DNA from: Verrucomicrobiota bacterium
GTDB taxonomy: Bacteria; Verrucomicrobiota; Verrucomicrobiia; Limisphaerales; Palsa-1400
Assembly (NCBI GenBank): GCA_049510745.1
Contig: JBEKYR010000017.1
Coordinates: 27,873-91,872 of the forward strand
Length of the DNA stretch: 64,000 nt
Direction: 5' to 3'
Shown: one piece after another, positions 57,937 through 64,000 of the stretch
Position numbering within the stretch: position 1 is the first letter of the stretch
How the letters are laid out: the number at the start of each line of letters is the position of its first letter
Notes under the pieces: model-generated
Told to the model about the DNA's origin: nothing
The model's input: only the letters and a program-made list of their open reading frames with translations
Databases searched by the model: none
Position numbers and translations under genes: made by a program

Positions 57937-60626
57937 CCGGCCAATTGCCGCAGCACGTATGGCAAAATCCCCCCGTGCCGGTAGTAATCAATCTCCACCG
58001 GCGTGTCGATGCGGCAGGCGACCGCGACGTTCGCGACCTGTCCGTTGGCCCGCGTGATGCGCAAGGCCAGGTCTTGTTGCGGCTTGAGCTGGTCAGTCAA
58101 TCCTAAAACGTCGTAGGTTTCCGTGCCGTCGAGTTGCAGTGTCCGGGCGGAGGCGCCGTCCTTGAATTGCAGCGGCAGCACGCCCATGCCGACGAGGTTG
58201 GAGCGGTGAATGCGCTCGAAACTCTGCGCCACCACCGCCTTGACGCCGAGCAAACTCGTGCCCTTGGCCGCCCAATCGCGCGAACTGCCCGTGCCGTATT
58301 CCTGCCCCGCCAAAACAATGAGCGGCGTTTTGCTCTGCGCGTATTTCATGGCGGCGTCGAAGATGCTCATCTGCTCGCCACCGGGCTGGAATCTGGTCAC
58401 GCCGCCTTCCACTCCCGGCGCCATCAGGTTCTTGATGCGCACGTTGGCGAACGTCCCGCGCGTCATCACGCGGTCGTTGCCGCGGCGCGAGCCGTAGCTG
58501 TTGAAATCGACGAAGTTGACGCCGTGCTCGATCAGGTATTGCCCCGCCGGCGAAGTTTTTTTGATGCTGCCGGCGGGCGAGATGTGGTCGGTCGTCACGC
58601 TGTCGCCAAAAATTCCGAGCGGGCGCGCGCCTCTGATCTCCGCGATATGGCCGGGCTGCAAACTGAAGTTCTCGAAGAACGGCGGTTGTTGGATGTAGGT
58701 GCTCCTGGCGTCCCATTCATAGACCTGGCCGGTGCTGGCGGGGATTTCATTCCACTTCGGGTTCTGCGCGGCGAAATCGCAGTACAATCGCCGGAACACC
58801 TCCGGTTTGAGCGCGGCCCGCATGGCGTTTTGCACTTCCTGCGGGCTGGGCCAGATGTCTTTCAAATAAACGTCGCGGTTTCCGGCCCGGCCGATCGGCT
58901 CGGATGTCAAATCAATTGTCACGCGGCCCGCCAGCGCGAACGCCACCACCAGCGGCGGCGACATGAGGAAGTTGGCCTTGATGCTCTGATGGACGCGCGC
59001 CTCGAAATTCCGGTTGCCCGAGAGCACCGCCGCCGCGATGAGGTCGTTTTTCGTCACCGCCTCCTCGACGGGCGCGGCCAGCGGGCCGGAGTTGCCGATG
59101 CAGGTCGTGCAGCCGTAGCCCACCAAATTGAAGCCGAGCTGATCCAGATACGGCTGCAATCCGGTCTTGTTCAAATAATCGCTCACCACGCGCGAGCCTG
59201 GCGCCAACGACGATTTGACCAGCGGATGCGGCTTGAGTCCGGCCTCGACCGCTTTTTTCGCCAGCAACCCCGCCGCCAGCATGACCGACGGATTGCTCGT
59301 GTTGGTGCAACTGGTGATCGCGGCGATGAGCACGTCGCCGTGGTGAAGCTGCCCGTTGTCCCCGACAGCAAACGCCCGGTTCAAATCCGCCGCCGCCTTG
59401 CCGAATCCATTTTCCGTCACCGCCTTGGAGAAAGCCTGGCTGAATTCGTCTTTGAGCCTGCCCAGTTCGATTCTGTCCTGCGGCCGCTTCGGGCCGGCGA
59501 CGCTTGGCCCCACGGTGGCCAAATCCAACTCCACATCCGTCGAATACGCGATGTCGCCCTTTTGGGGCATCCCGAAAAGCCCCTGGGCGCGGAAATAATT
59601 CTCGTAAAGCCGGCAATGTTCCGCGCTCCGGCCCGTCTGGCGCAGATACTCGACGCATTCGCCATCGATCGGGAAAAAGCCCATGGTCGCGCCGTATTCC
59701 GGCGCCATGTTGGCAATCGTGGCCCGATCCACCACCGCCAGCGCGGACGCGCCCGGCCCGTAGAACTCGACAAATTTTCCCACCACCTTCGACGCGCGCA
59801 GCATTTGCGTCACCGTCAACGCCAGGTCGGTCGCGGTCACGCCCGCCTTCAACGACCCCGTCAAATACACGCCCACCACGTCCGGCGTCAGAAAATAAAC
59901 CGGCTGGCCCAGCATGCCCGCTTCCGCCTCGATGCCGCCCACGCCCCAGCCGACAATCCCCAGTCCGTTGATCATGGTGGTGTGGGAATCGGTCCCGACC
60001 AGGGTGTCCGGATAATAGACCGGCGGCTGGCCGCCGCCGAGAACGCCCTTGGCCAAATACTCCAAGTTGACTTGATGCACGATGCCGATGCCGGGCGGGA
60101 CGACCTTGAACGTCTCGAAGGCCTGCATGCCCCATTTGAGGAATTGGTAACGCTCGCGATTGCGCTGGAATTCCATCTCCAGGTTGCGCTCCAGCGCGTC
60201 CGCCGTTCCCGCGAAATCGACCTGCACCGAATGGTCCACCACCAAATCCACCGGCACCAGCGGCTCGATGATCCTGGGGTTCCGGCCCAGTTTCACCGCC
60301 GCCGAGCGCATCGCCGCCAGATCGACCAAAAGCGGAACGCCGGTAAAATCCTGCAAAACAATGCGGGCGACCAGGAAAGGAATCTCCGCGGTGCGCGCGG
60401 CCTTGGGCTGCCATTGCGCCAGTTGCCGGACGTTGGTTTCGGAAACCCTTTTCCCGTCGTAATTCCGCAGGACCGATTCGAGGACGATGCGGATGGAAAC
60501 GGGCAGTTTTGAAATCGCGCCCACGCCGGCCTTTTCCAAAGCGGGCAAGGAATAGAAGGCGCCTTTTGTCCCCTGCCCAAGGTCAAAATCCTTCAGACTG
60601 TCGAATAAATTATGTGTGTTGCTCAT
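57921..60626 (-). CDS. acnA: Aconitate hydratase A
   Basis: [68 protein letters not shown]. Confidence 0.97.
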   Translation of the reverse strand: MSNTHNLFDSLKDFDLGQGTKGAFYSLPALEKAGVGAISKLPVSIRIVLESVLRNYDGKRVSETNVRQLAQWQPKAARTAEIPFLVARIVLQDFTGVPLLVDLAAMRSAAVKLGRNPRIIEPLVPVDLVVDHSVQVDFAGTADALERNLEMEFQRNRERYQFLKWGMQAFETFKVVPPGIGIVHQVNLEYLAKGVLGGGQPPVYYPDTLVGTDSHTTMINGLGIVGWGVGGIEAEAGMLGQPVYFLTPDVVGVYLTGSLKAGVTATDLALTVTQMLRASKVVGKFVEFYGPGASALAVVDRATIANMAPEYGATMGFFPIDGECVEYLRQTGRSAEHCRLYENYFRAQGLFGMPQKGDIAYSTDVELDLATVGPSVAGPKRPQDRIELGRLKDEFSQAFSKAVTENGFGKAAADLNRAFAVGDNGQLHHGDVLIAAITSCTNTSNPSVMLAAGLLAKKAVEAGLKPHPLVKSSLAPGSRVVSDYLNKTGLQPYLDQLGFNLVGYGCTTCIGNSGPLAAPVEEAVTKNDLIAAAVLSGNRNFEARVHQSIKANFLMSPPLVVAFALAGRVTIDLTSEPIGRAGNRDVYLKDIWPSPQEVQNAMRAALKPEVFRRLYCDFAAQNPKWNEIPASTGQVYEWDARSTYIQQPPFFENFSLQPGHIAEIRGARPLGIFGDSVTTDHISPAGSIKKTSPAGQYLIEHGVNFVDFNSYGSRRGNDRVMTRGTFANVRIKNLMAPGVEGGVTRFQPGGEQMSIFDAAMKYAQSKTPLIVLAGQEYGTGSSRDWAAKGTSLLGVKAVVAQSFERIHRSNLVGMGVLPLQFKDGASARTLQLDGTETYDVLGLTDQLKPQQDLALRITRANGQVANVAVACRIDTPVEIDYYRHGGILPYVLRQLAGKEEG

Positions 60627-60888
60627 AAGAAGGCCCGGCCGGTCGCGCCTGGCACCTCAGAAAAATGCGGTTTGCCCCCGCGGGAGTCAAGACGCTCTCA
60701 CAGCCCGCGGCGGATGACAACGCGCGCGCCTGCCCGGCCCCGAAGCGTCTTTTTCATGCGGCCAGAATTCGCCCACCCGGTCGCCCGCCTTTGAAGGCAC
60801 ATCGGCCTTCAAGAGCTGAAGAAATCTCAAGTCGGTTGTGGCTCGCAAAGGGGTGAGGAAGCTGACAGAATCGGCTTCTGGAATTGCC

Positions 60889-61575
60889 ATGCGCCTGCTC
60901 ATTGTCGAGGACGACGAGAAGACCGCCCGCGCGCTCGCCTCAGGATTGGAGCGCGGCGGGTACTCCACGGCCACGGCGCATACGGGCGAGGAGGGGTTTT
61001 TCCTCCTGAACGCCGAGACGTTCGATCTGGTGGTGCTCGATTGGATGTTGCCGGGGCGATCGGGCATTGAGATTCTCAAAACCCTCCGTTCGCGAGGCAA
61101 CAAAACTCCCGTGCTGCTGCTGACAGCGCGCGATGCCGTGGACGACCGGGTGCTGGGGCTGGAAAGCGGGGCGGACGATTATCTGGTCAAACCGTTCGCC
61201 TTCGCGGAGTTGTTGGCGCGGATCCGAACGCTGCTGCGCAGGTCCGGCCCCAACGAGCCGTTGAGGAAGACCATTGCCGATTTGGTGGTGGATTTGGAGT
61301 CGCGCCGGGTGTGGCGGACGGATAAGCCGATCGAGCTTACTCCGCGCGAGTTTGATCTGCTGGCCTTTTTGCTTCGGCAGCAGGGCCAGGTCGTCACACG
61401 CGAGATGCTGGCCAAAGAGGTCTGGCGCGAAGCCAATCGCATCACGCCGCTGGACAACGCGATTGACGTTCACGTGGCGCATTTGAGGCGCAAAGTGGAT
61501 GAAGGCCATGGCCTCAAGCTCATTCACACCATTCGCGGGGTGGGTTTCGTGCTCCGTGAGGAGGCGAACGCGTGA
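60889..61575 (+). CDS. OmpR/CusR-family response regulator
   Basis: LIVEDD, DWMLP, LTARD, DDYLVKPF, LTPREF, TIRGVGF. Confidence 0.95.
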   Translation: MRLLIVEDDEKTARALASGLERGGYSTATAHTGEEGFFLLNAETFDLVVLDWMLPGRSGIEILKTLRSRGNKTPVLLLTARDAVDDRVLGLESGADDYLVKPFAFAELLARIRTLLRRSGPNEPLRKTIADLVVDLESRRVWRTDKPIELTPREFDLLAFLLRQQGQVVTREMLAKEVWREANRITPLDNAIDVHVAHLRRKVDEGHGLKLIHTIRGVGFVLREEANA

Positions 61576-62618
61576 AGGCTTGGTGGCGACGGCGCCCATT
61601 GAGAGTGCGATTGGCCGTTTGGAACGCGGTTGCGGCGGCAACGGCGGGTTCGATGGGCGTCGCGCTGGCGGCCGCGCTGGGGATTTGGAAACCGGCAACG
61701 TTTTTTGAACTGGTTGTGAACCTGGCCTTGATCTGGGCTGGTCTGACGCTGGTTTTCAGCGTGGAAGCCTATTTAATCGCCCGCCGGATGCTTGCGCCGC
61801 TGGAGGAGTTGCTCACGCAGACCCGGCGTTTGTCGGCCGAGGGCTTGAGCCAGCGCCTGCCCGTGACGAATCCTGATGACGAACTCGGGCAATTGGCTGC
61901 AGGGCTGAATGATGTGCTGGAACAACTCGAAAGCTCTTTTGCGGAACTTGACCGGCTCACGGCTGATGTTTCGCATGAGCTGCGCACGCCGCTCACAGCG
62001 ATGCGCGCGGTCGGCGAAGTTGCTCTGCGCGACCGGAATCCCGCGATTCTTCATGACGCCGTGGGCAGCATGCTGGAAGAGATCGTCCGCATGAACCAGC
62101 TCATCGAGCGGTTGCTGCTGCTGACCCGGTCCGATAACAACGAGATGCCGTTGGAAATGGAGGCTGGGCTGGTGCGCAAGGTGCTGGTGGAAGTGAACGA
62201 CGCGTTGAGCCTGGTGGCGGAGGAGAAACAGCAACAGCTTCAAACGGAGTGCCCGGATCACTTGCTGGCGGTCTTCGATCCCGCGCTGCTTCGACTGGCC
62301 CTGTTGAACCTGACGCAGAACGCCATTCGTTACAGCCCGGCCGGAAAACCCATCAAGCTGCGCGCCTTCGCTGAACAGGATGACGCCGTAGTCGAGGTCG
62401 CCGACGAGGGCCCTGGCATTGCGCCGGAGCATCAACAGAAAATCTTCGAGCGGTTCTACCGGGTGGACAAAGCCCGCTCGCGCGCGGAGGGGGGCGTGGG
62501 TTTGGGCTTGGCGATCGTCAAGTGGTCGGTCGAACGGATGGGCGGCACGGTGGAACTGGACAGCGAAGTGGGACGCGGCAGCGTGTTTCGCATCCGATTG
62601 CGCAGGATACGCAGTTGA
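61572..62618 (+). CDS. Sensor histidine kinase (two TM, HAMP; CusS-like with minimal periplasmic loop)
   Basis: DELGQLA, SHELRTPL, NAIRY, DEGPGI, FERFYRVD, GLGLAI. Confidence 0.93.
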   Translation: MKAWWRRRPLRVRLAVWNAVAAATAGSMGVALAAALGIWKPATFFELVVNLALIWAGLTLVFSVEAYLIARRMLAPLEELLTQTRRLSAEGLSQRLPVTNPDDELGQLAAGLNDVLEQLESSFAELDRLTADVSHELRTPLTAMRAVGEVALRDRNPAILHDAVGSMLEEIVRMNQLIERLLLLTRSDNNEMPLEMEAGLVRKVLVEVNDALSLVAEEKQQQLQTECPDHLLAVFDPALLRLALLNLTQNAIRYSPAGKPIKLRAFAEQDDAVVEVADEGPGIAPEHQQKIFERFYRVDKARSRAEGGVGLGLAIVKWSVERMGGTVELDSEVGRGSVFRIRLRRIRS

Positions 62619-62652
62619 ACCGGGTTCCGGACCGTTTTCCCGGATCGGAATC

Positions 62653-62679
62653 CTTAAGAATTCTTCAGAGAATCTTCAG
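62653..62679 (+). promoter_or_regulatory. Candidate OmpR-family tandem binding boxes
   Basis: CTTAAG-N4-CTTCAG-N5-CTTCAG (10-11-bp period); similar pair on the minus strand at 60816-60831. Confidence 0.5.
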
Positions 62680-62729
62680 TAACGCGCCGCGCCTTCCCTC
62701 GCGTATATCTGAGGCGGCACATTCAAGGC

Positions 62730-64000
62730 ATGTATTGGCTCAGCAAATGTCTGCACCAGGTCCGCCGTTTAAACCGCCGGACATTGATCTTCCTTGCCGC
62801 TCTTGGCCCCGGCATTATCACCATGATCGCCGACAATGACGCCGGCGGCATCTCCACCTACGCGCAGACCGGAGCCAAGACGGGGTTTAACTTGCTTTGG
62901 GCCATGGTCATCCTGGTGCCCATGGCGTATTATGTGCAGGAGATGACGGTGCGCTTGGGGGCCGTCACCAAGCGCGGCCACGCCGAAGCCATCTTCGATG
63001 GTTTCGGAAAGTTCTGGGGATGGTTTTCCATTTTCGATTTGGCGGTCATCAACTGGCTCACGCTCGTCACCGAATACATCGGCATGACGCAGGCCATGAG
63101 CCTGTTCAACATCCCGCCGTGGGTCACGTTCTTCAGTGTCACCTTCCTGCTCACCGGCATCGTCATCACCGGGCGTTACTGGACGTTCGAGAAAATCACG
63201 CTCTTTTTCTGCCTCTTCAACCTGGTCTATATCCCCGCCGCAATCTGGGCGATGCACACCGGCAACGTCCGGGAAGGCTGGAGTGCTGTGGGGCAGGGTT
63301 TCTACAATCCCAGTTTCAAGCTCGGCATGTCAGGCGTGGCCTTGCTGACCCTGATCATGGCCAACATCGGCACGACCATTACGCCGTGGCAAATCTTCTT
63401 TCAACAATCCGCCGTGGTGGACAAGGGCATGGATGTGAAGCAGATCAAATTCGGACAATTCGACACCTTCTTCGGTTCCTTCATGACCTGCGTGGTGGCG
63501 GCGTTCATCATCATTGCAACGGCCGGCGTCTTCTACTACAACCCGTCCAATCCCAACTCCGCCACCCTGGCGGCGGACACCGCGGCCAATCATGCCACCA
63601 CCGGTCCTTGGTCGAAGATTGATCCCTCGTTCCACAGTTGGCAGGACATGGATTCGGCCGCCAAAACCGCCGCCGCCATGCCGGCGGTCATGCCCGGCGG
63701 TTCCCACTTGGGCCAGTGGGCCAGGCTGCTCTTCGCCATCGGCTTGTTCGACGCCGGGTTGCTCGGCGCGCTGTGCATTTCCCTGGCGACAAGCTGGGCG
63801 CTGGGTGAAGTCTTCGGCTGGGCGCATTCCCTGAACCGCGGCGTTCGGGAAGCGCCGTGGTTCTATGTCGCCTACGTGCTGATGCTGATGTCGGCCGGCG
63901 TCGTCTCGCTCGTCGCCAGCATCGACATGCAGAACATCATCACCATCTTTGTGCAGGTCGTGGCGGTGACGCTGCTGCCGGCGGCGCTGATGTTTTTGAT
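62730..64000 (+). CDS. NRAMP-related divalent cation (probably Mg2+) transporter; runs off the right edge
   Basis: LGPGIITMIADNDAGGISTYAQTG, YYVQEMTVRLG, ANIGTTITPWQIFFQQ. Confidence 0.88.
   Translation, partial: MYWLSKCLHQVRRLNRRTLIFLAALGPGIITMIADNDAGGISTYAQTGAKTGFNLLWAMVILVPMAYYVQEMTVRLGAVTKRGHAEAIFDGFGKFWGWFSIFDLAVINWLTLVTEYIGMTQAMSLFNIPPWVTFFSVTFLLTGIVITGRYWTFEKITLFFCLFNLVYIPAAIWAMHTGNVREGWSAVGQGFYNPSFKLGMSGVALLTLIMANIGTTITPWQIFFQQSAVVDKGMDVKQIKFGQFDTFFGSFMTCVVAAFIIIATAGVFYYNPSNPNSATLAADTAANHATTGPWSKIDPSFHSWQDMDSAAKTAAAMPAVMPGGSHLGQWARLLFAIGLFDAGLLGALCISLATSWALGEVFGWAHSLNRGVREAPWFYVAYVLMLMSAGVVSLVASIDMQNIITIFVQVVAVTLLPAALMFL

Noticed and set aside
28131..60512. Long antisense ORFs (28131-30362, 31782-34532, 47042-49546, 58134-60512 and others)
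   Set aside because: Expected shadows of GC-rich genes; no motifs, and they lie opposite well-supported CDSs

Overview
GC-rich bacterial chromosomal window. Gene styles suggest Verrucomicrobiota or a PVC relative; this is an inference. The backbone holds housekeeping and metabolic genes (pyrC, glmM, cdd-pdp-nupC, msrB, accA, pilT, gltX, acnA), several two-component systems, an ECF sigma/anti-sigma unit, three PIN toxin-antitoxin pairs, and a sigma54-controlled operon for a hydrogenase-4-like membrane complex. That complex lacks the NiFe ligands, so it is Ehr-type. The most striking feature is a two-gene cassette present twice as diverged paralogues (7021-10850 and 51288-55076). Each copy has a ~1040-aa gamma-class N6-adenine methyltransferase/TRD protein whose N-terminus lacks a recognisable nuclease active site, followed by a 225-aa PD-(D/E)xK-like protein. 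Copy 1 lies in a 4.2-kb integrase-less islet bounded by a perfect 33-bp duplication of the tRNA-Gly(TCC) 3' end. Copy 2 lies directly behind a cryptic tRNA-Gly(CCC) 3' half split by a 33-bp REP-like palindrome and followed by an IHF consensus. This looks like a 'split type IIG-like' restriction-modification or defence module that targets tRNA-Gly loci. The window also contains a REP-like palindrome family with an internally deleted RAYT/Y1 transposase, and several inverted short-period (7-10 bp) repeat arrays, one of which brackets a four-helix-bundle gene. All calls come from reading motifs by eye; no database searches were run.
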